A DNA stretch of 61,952 nt from Geosiphon pyriformis uo1 (Eukaryota; Fungi; Glomeromycota): positions 1 to 61,952 of the forward strand of contig JAAOMT010000510.1 of assembly GCA_016748015.1 (NCBI GenBank), written 5' to 3'. Under the pieces are notes generated by a model that saw nothing but the letters and a program-made list of their open reading frames with translations, was not told the DNA's origin and did no database searches. The stretch's first letter is position 1; each line of letters begins with the position of its first letter. This document shows, in pieces, positions 1 through 12,417 of the stretch. The translations under genes and the position numbers were made by a program.

Positions 1-3000
1 GAAAATAAGATACAAATTCCATTAGGAGCTGCATTATCATCAACATCAACTCCACAAATGCCAAGAACTCCTAGTTATATTGATAAAATTAAACAACGTA
101 ACTGGGGAGACATACCAATTACAGGAGGATATTCATCACTATTCCAAAACTCTCTTTTTCAGCCAAAATTTAGAACGGGGTTTGAAAACCATGAAGAGGA
201 GTCTGAATCAGAATCCGAAAAAAAGACCAGCGAAAAAACAATCACAAGACCAGTCACTGGAACAAGCAGCCAGTCCAGAAACCAAGAAACTCGTAATCAA
301 AAGGAAGAACCGGATATAAGGGAAGCCACCTTTAGGAATGCTCAAGGAAATATCATCCCACCTCCTCTTAGACCAATAAACCCACCAGCAGAAAACGGCA
401 ACGAAATGACCACACCATACATTGCAAGACTAACAGATTTCTCAGGAGAGGAAGAAGAAACAGATGTGCACACATGACTCAGAGAAGCACAAAAAGCCAT
501 CCAGGCAAATAACTGGAATGACCAAAGAGCAATTCAAACATTACCTTTCTTCCTGAAAGGCACAGCCAACTCGTGGTATCAAAGCCTGGAAACAAAACCC
601 ACGAGCTTCGCCGAATTTAAAAATGCACTCCTGGAGTATTTTAGCGACCCAAACGCCATAATCCAACTACAAAACGAATTCAATACTATCAAGCAAAATA
701 CTGGTGAAACTGTCACCTAATACCTTGCTCGATTCAATTGAATTCGCCATCAGATTGAAGTGATTGAACAAGGATACTACACTGATCCTCAGGTTTTAAA
801 TCAGTTTATTAGAAGATTAAAAAGCAGCATTTTAGGAAGAGTATGCTCTGCCCACCCTAATTCCTTACCAGAAGCTGTTACGCTCGCCAGAGCCCTTGAA
901 TCAGCTAAGAAAGAAGCTAACCATAGTCAAATAGTTAACATGGTAATGGAGAAAAATAAGACAGAAACATTAGAGAAAAGAGTAACGCGATTAGGGAAGG
1001 AACTCTCTAAGAAAATAGAAAGTTACCTCATCCCGGATCCGAGAAAAAATACATACCAACCACCCCAAAGACGCAGCCAGAAAGTCAGCAACAGTCAAAA
1101 TAATCACTCGTCGCACTAGGAATTCAGAACAGAAACACGCACCTGCCATTTTTGCAAATGCGTAGGACATTTGATTAGTCAATGTCAAATGCGAATGATG
1201 CAGGAAGCATGTGAAAATAATTACTACGCACCACCCCAAATGCCCAGAAACCAGTACACGCCAATACCACGCCAATATCCCACCATGTATCAAAATCAAG
1301 GAGCTTACCAGCAACAGCCCATGATAGCCAACCCGAATTGGCATCCCGAGGCCCGAAATCAGCCCATGTAGAACCAGAACACGTTGGTCCAGAGGAATCC
1401 AAACCGCGCCGGAACCAATCAGCAAACCAATCCAAACTACCAAAATTATCAACAAACTTACCTTAATATACCAGAAAACCTGATCATCAGAAACAATGAC
1501 GGTAGAAACATAAACAGAACCAAGAATTCCTCCAAATTGAGCCAGACAATACCACCAGCAGTTGCCACCGAAGATAGCAGCCTCGCAGCTATTTTTCCTT
1601 TTGAATTAGAGGAAAACAAGGCTATGTTTAGTGGAGCAGCATTGGACAAAAAACGCCCAATCACTGCTATGTATACGGAAGCCACTGTAAACAATACCCT
1701 AATCAAACTTATCTTAGACAGCGGATCCGCTGGAAGCATTGTAACGCTTCAACTAGTAAACCAACTGGGTTTCAAAGTTGATCATGCTGCGACATCCCAA
1801 ATCATAACAGCCGATGGAAGTACAAAGCTGCCTTATGGCAAAATTGACTCATTCCCTTTCGAAATTAACGGCATAGTAATACCTACAAAAGTATTAGTAA
1901 TGGACGCTACACAATATCAAGCGTTGGTAGGGAATGACTGGCTAACAAAAGCCAATGCCACCCTAGACTGGACCACCCAAGAGCTTCTGATCAATTATAA
2001 TGGCCACCAGGCCAAAATTCCAGCCACCTGTGGCCACTTCCAAAAACCCAGCGCCAACCAAAGACCTACCTTCGAATTTGAGGAAAATCCAGCACTACCA
2101 GCCATCGAAACCTATCAGCTCTCTTGGGCTGATGACCAAAGAACAGGACTACCAGCCGTACCAACATGGACCAGCGAAGAAAGATCCGAATGGAACCAGG
2201 TAAGTTCACGAAGAAACCACCAGCGACGCAGACCAAAGCTAGAATGTTCGGTTTGCAAGTAGAAACTCTTGTCTATGACTGCGTGCAGCGCACCAGACAA
2301 AAACCCAAGAAACCCCACCCACTACTATTGTAACCGTTATAACAAAGAAAAATACGGTTACCCAGAAAGACATGGAAAATGGGACGAGGAACCGTGCCTC
2401 GCTTGTGGAGAACCATTACCAAGAGGATGCGACTGGAACGACTTACCAGGCAGAGGAGGAACGTGTGACGCAACTTGCCAATACACGATCTTCATCTGTA
2501 ATTGAATAAGAGGAGGAATGCCATTCGAAGCAGCGTTCAACAGAGTGTTAAAAAGACTACAGCACTACCCACACAACGAGGACGAGTTGTACAACACCAC
2601 ACAAGCCAAAGTAAGAGGAAAAACCGCCGAAGAAATACAACGTTGGAAAAAGTCAGCCGAAGTAGCCAACAAAGTCGCCAGCTACAACATGTTCGACCCA
2701 GTGGACGAATTCCAGGACTACTACCAACAACTATGCCCCATTCGACAAGAGCAAGAACAATACCTCACCCAAATCAACACTTACCTCTGCGAAAACTGTC
2801 TCATCCCATGCCAAAGTCAGTGCTGTGAAGAGTGTCAAGACGAAAGAGACTTAGAAAGAAAAATGGAAATTGAGAATCAGCAGTCTCAAAATCAATCAAT
2901 AAATCAACAAGACTCACCTGACGGTCCTGAGTCAGAAAAATTTGTAGCCTATACCAACCTAGAACAGGTGACCGACATCCAATACTTCGACAACGGGCAC

Positions 3001-3415
3001 TTAGGAATAATATCCGAAAGAGCCCATCCAACTGACGCCAGATTCGATCTACGTTATCTGGAAGACCAATCCACAACGTTACTACCCAGGAGCATCACCA
3101 AAATCGACCTAAAAATAGCGGTTGAAATTCCGCCAGGAATAATGGTTCAAATGGCATCGCGATCAAGCCTCGCGAAAAAAGGAATAAGCGTTCAAGGAGG
3201 AGTAATTGACTCCAGATACACTGGAAATTTGATGGTTTTGCTACAGAACAATTCAGAAAAGCCTTATACCATTGAATCTAAGGAAAAGATTGTACAAGCA
3301 ATTTTCCTACCATTGGTAAAAATTGGGAAATTCGTGCCAATAGAAAATTGTGAGGAATTGTCACAAACAACGAGAGGAACTTTTGGTTTTGGATCGACAG
3401 GAAAAGGAATTGAAG
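1..3415 (+). pseudogene. Gag-protease-Cys-rich domain-dUTPase polyprotein of family A (one frame, premature stops)
   Basis: ORFs starting at 58, 760, 1171, 1384, 2269 and 2518 are all in one frame, separated by single stops. CHFCKCVGHLISQC knuckle at 1144-1185. Protease motif LILDSGSAGS at ~1708-1737. Confidence 0.9.
2980..3405 (+). other. dUTPase domain within family A polyprotein
   Basis: All five trimeric dUTPase motifs recognisable: DARFDL, ASRSSL, GGVIDSRYTG, IVQ, RGTFGFGSTG. Confidence 0.92.
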
Positions 3416-3435
3416 NNNNNNNNNNNNNNNNNNNN

Positions 3436-3861
3436 GTACTGGCAAGTGGAAATGAACCCAAAGGACAGGCATAAAACAGCATTCACAACACAAAATGGCA
3501 ATTATGAGTTCAATGTAATGCCATTTGGATTAACAAACGCTCCTGCGACATTCCAAAGACTAATGGATGTAATTTACTCCGGAATCCTGTGGCAATCCAT
3601 TGTTGTCTACTTGGATGATACAAATGTTTTCTCGTCAAAATTCACGAATCATCTCCAACATTTACAACAAGTTTTTAAGAGATTGAGACATGCTGGACTT
3701 AAACTAAATCTAGAAAAATGTTTCTTTGGGAAAAATGAGCTAGCATTTTTAGGACACGTAGTTGGAAAAGATGGAATAAAACCAGATCCATCAAAAATAG
3801 ACAAAGTGAAAAATTTTCCAGTACCTCGAAACGTTTCAGAAGTTAGAAGCTTTTTAGGACT
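3436..3861 (+). pseudogene. Gypsy reverse transcriptase fragment (family A)
   Basis: KTAF..YEFNVMPFGLTNAPATFQR, YLDD, KCFF..FLGH motifs. Confidence 0.92.
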
Positions 3862-3881
3862 NNNNNNNNNNNNNNNNNNNN

Positions 3882-4046
3882 CCATTAAGAGTTATAACCA
3901 CGGATGAAAAAGAAACTATCTTATTTAACATGCACTCAGATATTCATTCAGGCCATTTTGGAAAAACAGCAACCATCTAACGTGCAACTAGCTGTTACTA
4001 TTGGCCAAAAATGAGCTTAGACATAATCCAATACATAAGAAATTAA
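3882..4046 (+). pseudogene. Integrase N-terminal zinc-binding fragment (family A), truncated before the CxxC
   Basis: Translates PLRVITTDEKETILFNMHSDIHSGHFGKTATI*RATSCYYWPKMSLDIIQYIRN*, which aligns to the family B integrase N-terminus. Confidence 0.85.
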
Positions 4047-4072
4047 CTTCGATTTCGATGGAGCTCAATCTT

Positions 4073-4084
4073 GAAAGGAGGGGA
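4073..4084 (+). other. Polypurine tract, family A
   Basis: GAAAGGAGGGGA, 3 nt before the TGTTAC LTR start. Confidence 0.85.
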
Positions 4085-4087
4085 TAA

Positions 4088-4827
4088 TGTTACAGTTTAA
4101 GAATTTAGAAAAAAGAATCATAAAAATAATACAAACTATTCAATCATAATATAACACAGTAATATTCTTAGAAAGGTAATAATTAACATAGTAGCAAACA
4201 CCATCTCGCGATAGTGACAAGCACCAGTTCACAATAGCAGCCAATACCAACTGGTGATAGCAGCAAACACCAGGTTGAAATATCAAAAAGAAAGTATTTT
4301 CTCGTAGAACTACAAACATGTATATATACAGTAGTTTTAATATTGGGAAATAATCAATCAAGTANNNNNNNNNNNNNNNNNNNNAAAGTATTAAGAAACT
4401 TACTTGTATTATTTATTGAATGAAACTATCATTTATCAACTGAATCTCTTGGAAGAATAATCCTTGATCAAAATTATTCACGTTGTTACTAATTGATAAA
4501 AGCTTTATTGTGAGAATTAGAAAAGCACTAAAGACCATTAACATTCTGTGTTTCTAGATTAGAGAAACACATCAGGCAATTGCAAGAATAGCCTCAGAGA
4601 AGACCTCAGACAGTGGGTAGATTTCAGTTCAGCCTCTGAGAAGGAGTACATAAACACACACAACAATCAAGAATTAAAGAATAACTTACATCGCAACAGT
4701 AAAAAGAAAGCCTTCAGTATAACAGTGACATTATCACACAAATAGAACTGAGGAACTCACGAAAGACTGATTGCAATTAAAGCGGGATATCAGCAATTAA
4801 ATATAACAAAAAAACCATCCCGTAACA
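4088..4827 (+). repeat. 3' LTR of family A (contains a gap)
   Basis: Starts TGTTACAG after the PPT and ends CCGTAACA (terminal inverted repeat), then switches abruptly to family B LTR sequence. Confidence 0.75.
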
Positions 4828-5849
4828 TTGGGTTTTGAGGATTTTCCAAGTGCAATAATTTAGGAATTTGGTTTTTCGAATTATTTGATATTTATTTCTT
4901 TTTGTGTGTATAGGAATGGTTCTAAGAGATAAATCTAAAGTAAGATACATTTTCTCAAAGAGAGAAGCTCTTTTTTTATACAACTTGTCGTAACACTATT
5001 CTATGAACTTGAACTTTGCTATTTTCTACAATTTCACTGAACTAAAGGTACATTTTGGTGAACTATAAGTTATTTCTGCAAACTATTAGATATTTCAGTG
5101 AACTATCAATTATTTTGGCAAATTTCTATAAATTTCGGCGACATTTTGAATGTTACATAGTTCAGGGTATTGCATGATTGATCATTGCAATTAAGTTACA
5201 TTTGTGTTGTATACAATTTGGGTTATTAATTAAATAATAATTTCGGACATTCTTTGCTAATGTAATAAGTGATAATTTGAAATGATAATATATGCTAATT
5301 AATGATAGGAATTATAAGATAGTTTCATGCTAAATGATATCTCTAATTTTGTCTGATAACATAACCTCCTCCTCAAGACTGAGCTCTGTCAAAGGCTAAG
5401 TACTGTCTGTTATTTCCAGATAATAATCCAAAATTATTGAAGAAATTTGGTCTGAAAATTGTTGAAATTTCAGTTCTGTGAGCTTTCTAATATATTGAAT
5501 CTTCAAAGGTTGAAAAATTGGGTTTTGTAGTACGTTTTCACAGGTGTGGAATAGGTCATAAAGTCTAAGAGCAGCTCTAAGCCTGTAGTGACTGTTTGTT
5601 GATCCAGCTGTTGTCTTGAATTCGTTGTGAAGTTGTTTCTGAATAGCTTCTTTTGTGAGGTTTGCTGTTGTAAGTTCTAGTTTCCATTCATAGAGTGTTT
5701 TTCTGATGTGAAAATATCTATAGATTGGAGAATATTCAGTGTTTTCCTCATTAAGACACAGTTGAAGTTTTTGTTGAATTGTAGCATTTGGTGGAATACT
5801 AATCGGAGTAAGCATTAGGTTTTCTCTTAAAGCAAGCTTTAAAAGTTCT
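4828..5849 (-). mobile_element. Family B fragment: part of 3' LTR (4828-5361), PPT and ORF3 C-terminal part
   Basis: Near-identical to 11884-12905. Confidence 0.92.
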
Positions 5850-5869
5850 NNNNNNNNNNNNNNNNNNNN

Positions 5870-7722
5870 GATCTCATTGACTCTGGTACGGACTCTAATT
5901 GTGTTCATTTTACTCTCTTTGGTATTAAGAAGTCATATTGTGCATCTAAGCTTGCTGAATCTCTGGCAGTTAAGGAAGTGAACATTAAATTTGTTATAGA
6001 TAGAAGAATAAAAAGCTTCAAGATGAATAAGAGTCATACTATTAGGAGTGTTTTGAAGCATCCTTTCTGCAAAATGGTTCTGAACCACTTGGTTGTTAAT
6101 GACGAACTTATTTTAGAGCCTGATTTGGTTAAATTTAAAGTAGACATTATTATGGAAAGATAGACCAGGAAGCGTGGTGTGATTGCTGATGTTTTTGATG
6201 TCTGGTCTTGTCAATATTGACCATTGAATTATGTTTTTGATAAAGTCTTTTCTGGTGTGATGCATTCAGTCAAGTTTAATAAACTGCTTGATGTGATTTT
6301 TGATCTGCCTAATGGCAAAGCTGCTGATCTCTTGAGTATTACAAATGAGCTTTGAAACATTGTGACAAGTCAATTTTAAATATGCTTTTAGTATATTTGA
6401 ACTTGTGTCTTTCTTGCAAATCTGTGCTTAGAGCTTGGAAAGAGACTTGGGTCTTAATAATTCCTAAACCACATGAATAGAAAAGTGTTTTTATGAATAT
6501 CTGTTCTATCACTTTGATCGAAACAGCTCATAAAATTTTCTGCAAGATACTCTCTAATAGAATTTCTTTGACATGCAGCACTTTTAGTGTTTTTTGTGAG
6601 AACAATTTTTTGGTTTTAAAAGGCATGATGACTCAGTCTTCTATTTTTGCAGTTAGATCAGTAGTTGAGAATATGTTGGAAAAAAATCGGAAGCTCTGAC
6701 TGGTTTTGCAGAATATGCAGAAAGCATATAATTCAGTCAGCTGGGAATATCTTGAGAAAAGTTTGGTCAGAATCAAGATGTGCAGCAGGTTTATTCAGTT
6801 TTTTGGTGATATTTATAGGGATTATACCAACAAGATGATGACAGATTTTGGATTGACAGATGGTTATTATATACATGATGGTTTGGACCAAGAGGAAATA
6901 TTCTTTCTTCTTTGTAGCATATATTTTATGATCCTCTGCTATGCAAAGTCAAGAGGCAGAAAAGTATGTGCAGTTATAGGTTAAATTCTCATTTTATTTC
7001 AAGAAATAGTTGTGCTGAGTCCTTGGCTGGGCTCTTTTTTTTTTTGCTGCTGGTGCTTTTGTTGATGATACAATTTGGGTTGGCTGTAATTAGGCAGCTA
7101 CTCAACATATTCTTAATATTGCAAGTGAATTTTTTTGGATAAATGATATTTCTATCAATAATAATAAAACAGTGGCCATTTCTATCAATAGCAGAGTCAG
7201 TATTCCTTCTCTTTCTATCAATGGCTTGCCAATCTCCATTGCCAAAAAGGATGAATCTCATCAATATTTGGGTATTTTTCTATTAATTGAAGGTCTATTA
7301 AAGCCTAGTTTAGTAAAGATAAATTCGGACATTTATTTTTTTACCAATCTAGTCTTGAAAAAAGCTGTTTCAGATAAGCAGTTCTTATATTTGATGTCAG
7401 CAGTTCTTTATTCTATAGTTAGTTATAGAACACAGTTCAGCTTTGTTCCCATTGGTACATGCAACAAGTGGGATGCTTTAATTTGTAAGGGCTTGAAGTT
7501 CAAATCCAGCCTACCTCTCAATTTTCTTAGTGATACAATTTATTATCCTTCTTTTTATGGTTTGAAGTCTTTTGTTCAGGTTTAGTCTGAGAGCAAAGTG
7601 GTCTTCCTCATTAGTTTTGAAAACTTTGGTGGCATCCTGGGTCATTTGTTCTCTTACAGATCCTATGACTTACAGGTTCTGTGCTGGTACTCTGTTCATC
7701 TATTGAATTCTTCTGTGCATAT
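5870..7722 (+). pseudogene. LINE family alpha ORF2 fragment (RT domain), degenerate
   Basis: ITLIETAHKI, QKAYNSVSW, DGLDQ, AFVDDTIW (7058-7069) and YLGI motifs, with many stops. Confidence 0.9.
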
Positions 7723-7742
7723 NNNNNNNNNNNNNNNNNNNN

Positions 7743-9768
7743 GGCTGGTTTTTCTTTGGCTTGCTGTGCCAAGTGTAAACAATTTGGTCATATTTTTGAT
7801 GTGTGTTCAGTTGGTAGAAATTCTGGAATTTGTCATAAGTAGATAGTGTCTTCCCAAGATCAAGTCTGTTTGGCTAATATTTATAAGAAGAAGCAGATTC
7901 CAGTTGCCTGCCCAGTATTTTTTGGTAAAAAAACTTGGGCTCAAGTTGTGGGTGGCTTTCCTTTTTGTGTGTTTTTGTTGGCTTCTTTTAATGCTGGTTT
8001 GCTTTTAAGTACAAAATCCTTAGTAATGGCTTTCAATCCTATTGATGATTCTGGTTTAGTCAACCATTTGGCTTCTTTGAAGCACTTCTTGGAGCTTTTG
8101 TCAGATCAGGTTTTAGATATTTTAAAAAAATTGAGTCTTGTAAATTTGATGCTGATGTTATTACTACTTTGTGCTCCCCTCTTCTTGTTGCTTCTCTCTT
8201 GAATTCAGCTTTGGATTCAGATATAGTTGTTGATAGTGTGGTGGTGCCCTTTTCTTCTTCTCTTCCATTGGTTAATAAAGCTATCTCTGAATTAAGTCTG
8301 AACAGTTCAAAGGTGTTTATCACTAAGATAGATGGTTTGAAATCAAAGATGATGGCTCTGGAAGTTTTAGTCAATTCAGTTTTGGCAAGATTGGACTCTT
8401 TGTGTTCTAGTTTGGATTCATTAGCTTCTTATTTATCTCAATGATCAGTCTAGTTTGGAAAATTGCTATTTGCAATGTTTGGGATATAAATAATTCTACA
8501 AAACAAGAGAATATTATTTGTTGGCACAAGAATATGAGCAATTTGATTTTAATTATTACTGAGACCAAGTTACAGAGTAAGGTTCGTCCATAGATTGCTG
8601 ATAGATTTGATGGTGTCTGGGTTTTTACTTCTGGTGTGAATTCTGGTAATTTAGGTTCTGGTATTACCATTATTATGGACATTTCTCTGGCTCATCATGT
8701 GTGTAAAATTTTTAAGGTTTTTGATCAGCTCCTTTCTGTCAGACTACTTTTTAAAAACAAACTTTCTGTTTCAATTTTGGGGCTCTATACTAGTGCTTCT
8801 TTGTCAATTTAGTTCTTCCAAGCTGGTGAAATCAACTCTATAATTGCTAAAGCTGTAAATGAATCTTTTTTTGTTGTTTTGGGTGGCAACTTCAATAAAA
8901 ATGGTTCTCATAAGTGTGCCAGTTTCAAAAAATGCTTTGATTTTGGTTTGGTCAACTCCTTTGGTGGAAGTTTTTTTGTTAAAACTCCTACTTGGGCCAA
9001 CTCTCATAGTGTGACTAAAACAATCAACTTTCTGTTTGTTTTCTCAAACTTAGTTAATGCTGTAGTGGATTGCAATATGTGTGGTGTTAGGAAATTCTTT
9101 AATACTGATAATTGGGCTGTTTCTGTATCTGTGGGCTTGGGTGGGCTTTTGGATGTGCAGTTGAACTCTCTTCACAAACAAACGAATAGAGATTGGTGGA
9201 AGTTTGATTTCAAGGGTGCTGATGTCAATAAGTAAGAAAATTTTAAAAATGCTATGTCAGTCAATACTAGAATGTTTTCCAATAAGATTGCTACTACTAT
9301 CAAGCTCTCAGACCTAGATGCCATATAGAATGTTTTACACAGGATTATAATGCTTTCGGCAAATAGGATATTTAGAAAGAAGTGGTTCAAGAATTTTGAT
9401 AGTGTGTTCACCAAAGTTTCTTCGAGGTTTCACAGGTTGGAACTTTTGGTTTCGAAAATTATTAAGGTCTCTCATGAAGAAAATAGTGTCAGTTTTGTCT
9501 CTCTTATAAAGTGCTGGGACTCTTTGGATGATATCAAAGCCTCAGTTATTTAGGATCTCATTAACTCTGATATGGATTCTAATTGTGTTCATTTTACTCT
9601 CTCTGGTATTAAGAAGTTATATTGTGCATCTAAGCTTGCTGAATCTCTGGCAGCTAAGAAAGTGAACATTAAATTTGCTATAGATAGAAGAATAAAAAGC
9701 TTCAAGATGAATAAGAGTCATACTATTAGGAGTGTTTTGAAGCATCCTTTCTGCAAAATGGTTCTGAA
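7743..9768 (+). pseudogene. LINE alpha ORF1 3' end (to 8444) and ORF2 APE endonuclease (from 8441)
   Basis: CAKCKQFGH knuckle; ORF2 start MISLVWKIAICNV; ITETKL, LGGNFN, TPTWANS, TINFLF endonuclease motifs. Confidence 0.88.
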
Positions 9769-9788
9769 NNNNNNNNNNNNNNNNNNNN

Positions 9789-11435
9789 AAAGTCAATGGT
9801 TTTGGGGGGGCCTTTATCCTATCAAAATTTGCTAAAATCATCAGAACAATGTTTATTTTTGAATTAAGTTTGGTGCAGGCCTCCAAAAAAGCTGAAGATA
9901 TGAAGATCTTGGTAAACACCAATTTCAAGAAATCTGTTGGCCATTCAGATTGAGCTGTGGTGTTAAAAAAAATTCTTGTTGAAACATCAGCTGAGACTAT
10001 ATATACTGTACTATCCAAATTTGAAACAATTAAGTCAATCAAAATACAACTGGTGGGGCTGTGGCAAAAAGCAATAGTTGAGTTTGAACAGATTAATCAT
10101 GCTGATTTGGTTACAGCAAGATAGTCTATTCTAATTGGGAAGAATACAGTGTGTGTTGCTAGATTAGATGTGGACAAAGAAACTTGGGATGTGAAGAATA
10201 TTCACAAAGCTCTTTTGTACACTCTACCAATAGAGACCAATGCACATAATATTTGGGACTACATTAATTCAGTAGGTAGAAAAACTTGTTTCATTAACCA
10301 TTATCTGGTTTTATATGCTCAGACCAGATGTGTTGCTGTTTGTTTTGATTCTGCTGAATCATTGAATGCGGTTATGAAAACTATACCAGTGTTAAATGGA
10401 GCCAATTTGTGCTGGTCCCATCTTGTTATGGCTAAGTGTACTAAGTGTGAAAACTCAGATCATATATTTTTAAGCTATACAACTGGTGGAAAAGTTTCTT
10501 TTGGTAATTTATCATGTAGGGTACTCTCAGATACTGATAAAAGCAGACTGGCTGCCATTTATGCCAAACACTCAGCTCCAGTTGTTTAACCAGTTGCTTT
10601 TGGTGATGCTTTATGGGCAAGTATTGTTGGTAAATCTCTTTTTCCTTCTTTTTTTTCATAGGTTGGCTTGGTTGGTTCTGGTTTCTTCTCAATAGTGAAA
10701 CCTATTCTGCCAGTGTCTTTAAAATGGAATGATAAGTTTGCCACTCTTAAGTGCAGTCTTGTCAGTCTTGCAGAATGCATTAATAAGTTGGCTAAGAGGT
10801 TGAATACACTTGAACCAATGGTTTTCCAGCTTAGCTTTAGACATTAGCCATTGATAACCTCTTTATCACAAAATTAAGGAATAGATATAGTAATGAGTAA
10901 GAGTTCAGGTGTGGCCATTAGTGATAAGACTATTGTGGGAGCAATGGTTTTTGATCCTTTAGTTATCCCAAAAATAGAAGAAACTTTGTACAATTTGTCA
11001 ATCACAGTTATGAGTCTTTTAGCTAAAATGGATAATACTAGTATAATTCTTGTTATTCATTTTTCTCAATAACCAGTCTAGTTTGAAAAATTGCCACATG
11101 TAATATTAGAGATATAAACAATTCTGTTAAGCAAGAAAATATTGTGTATTGGTATAAAGACATGAACAATCTGATTTCAATTTTTATGGAAATGAAACTG
11201 AAAGAGAATACATGCCCATAGATTGTTAACAAATTTGGTAAAATCTGGGTGTTCACTTCTGGTTTGGATTTTGGTTATTTAGATGTAGGTGTTACTGTGA
11301 TTATGGACAACTCTCTGATAAAACATGTAAGCAAGATTTCTAAAATGTCTAGTCAGCTCCTGTCTATTAAATTACTTTTTAAAAATAAGCTTTCTGTGTC
11401 AGTTTTGGGACTTTACACTGGTGTTTTATTTGTGG
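9789..11435 (+). mobile_element. LINE family beta: ORF1 and start of ORF2 endonuclease, interrupted by Gypsy B
   Basis: ORF1 homologous to alpha ORF1 (LLYTLP, KTCFI, CTKC..H). The APE frame stops at the LTR and resumes at 34362. Confidence 0.85.
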
Positions 11436-12417
11436 TGTTACCAGAGGTTTTTGGTCTCTTTTCTGTAATGTTGTTGATACTTATTTGCTGTGAATCCACG
11501 TTTTTTGGATGTGGTTGAATCTCCAGTAACTGAATGTATCTTCAAATTATCTCCTATAATTTGAACTTGCTGAGCTTATGAGTGAAATGGCCAATTTCGT
11601 GCCAGTTGTTTTATGTAGTTATGTTGTAGTAAACATCAACTCTTTCCCAGAAATTGCTTGTCTGGAAGCTCACTAAAAATGTGTAGTTACTTTGCTGTGA
11701 AAGTCAACTCTTCTACAGGAATCTCGTCTGTAGGCTACCTTAATAATTGTAATAAGAAAAGAAAAGAAAAATAAAAGAAATGTAAAAGAAATAAGATTTT
11801 TATCAAGGGAATGTTTTTCTATCCAGGCCTGGAGTCACTAATAGTTTACTGAAATTGGTAGCTAATCAATTTCAAAATGTTAGTTGGGTTTTGAGGATTT
11901 TCCAAGTGCAATAATTTAGGAATTTGGTTTTTCGAATTATTTGATATTTATTTCTTTTTGTGTGTATAGAAATGGTTCTAAGAGATAAATCTAAAGTAAG
12001 ATACATTTTCTCAAAGAGAGAAGCTCTTCTTTTATACAACTTGTCGTAACACTATTCTATGAACTTAAACTTTGCTATTTTCTATAATTTCACTGAACTA
12101 AAAGTACATTTTGGCAAACTACAAGTTATTTCTGCGAACTATTAGATATTTCAGTGAACTATCAATTATTTCGGCAAATTTCTATAAATTTCAGTGAACT
12201 TTTGAATGTTACATAGTTCAGGGTATTGCATGATTGATCATTACAATTAGGTTACATTTGTGTTGTGTACAATTTGGGTTATTAATTAAATAATAATTTC
12301 GGACATTCTTTGCTAATGTAATAAGTGATAATTTGAAACGATAATATATGCTAATTAATGATAGGAATTATAAGATAGTTTCATGCTAAATGATATCTCT
12401 AATTTCGTCTGATAACA
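11436..12417 (-). repeat. 3' LTR of family B (982 bp)
   Basis: Direct repeat of 33380-34361 with the same length; TGTTACCAGA...TCTGATAACA termini; adjacent PPT. Confidence 0.95.

Larger units (their letters stand above)
1..4827 (+). mobile_element. Ty3/Gypsy LTR retrotransposon family A (5' part outside window, internally deleted, spans 3 gaps)
   Basis: Gag-like region, CCHC knuckle, aspartic protease, dUTPase, RT (YLDD), integrase N-terminus, PPT, and an LTR with TGTTAC...GTAACA ends. Linkage across N gaps assumed. Confidence 0.85.

Noticed and set aside
991-1455. Hydrophobic antisense ORFs over Gypsy gag (also 18624-18929)
   Set aside because: By-product of the A/C-rich Gln/Asn/Pro sense strand; not envelope or membrane proteins.
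475-2505. Stop-codon reassignment or readthrough to explain in-frame stops
   Set aside because: Stops are of all three types and, in family B, often differ between copies; they fit transition mutagenesis.
12087-12200. CRISPR-like array interpretation of the spaced repeats
   Set aside because: Units are only ~20 bp with ~7-bp spacers, lie inside an LTR in a eukaryotic context, and there are no cas genes.
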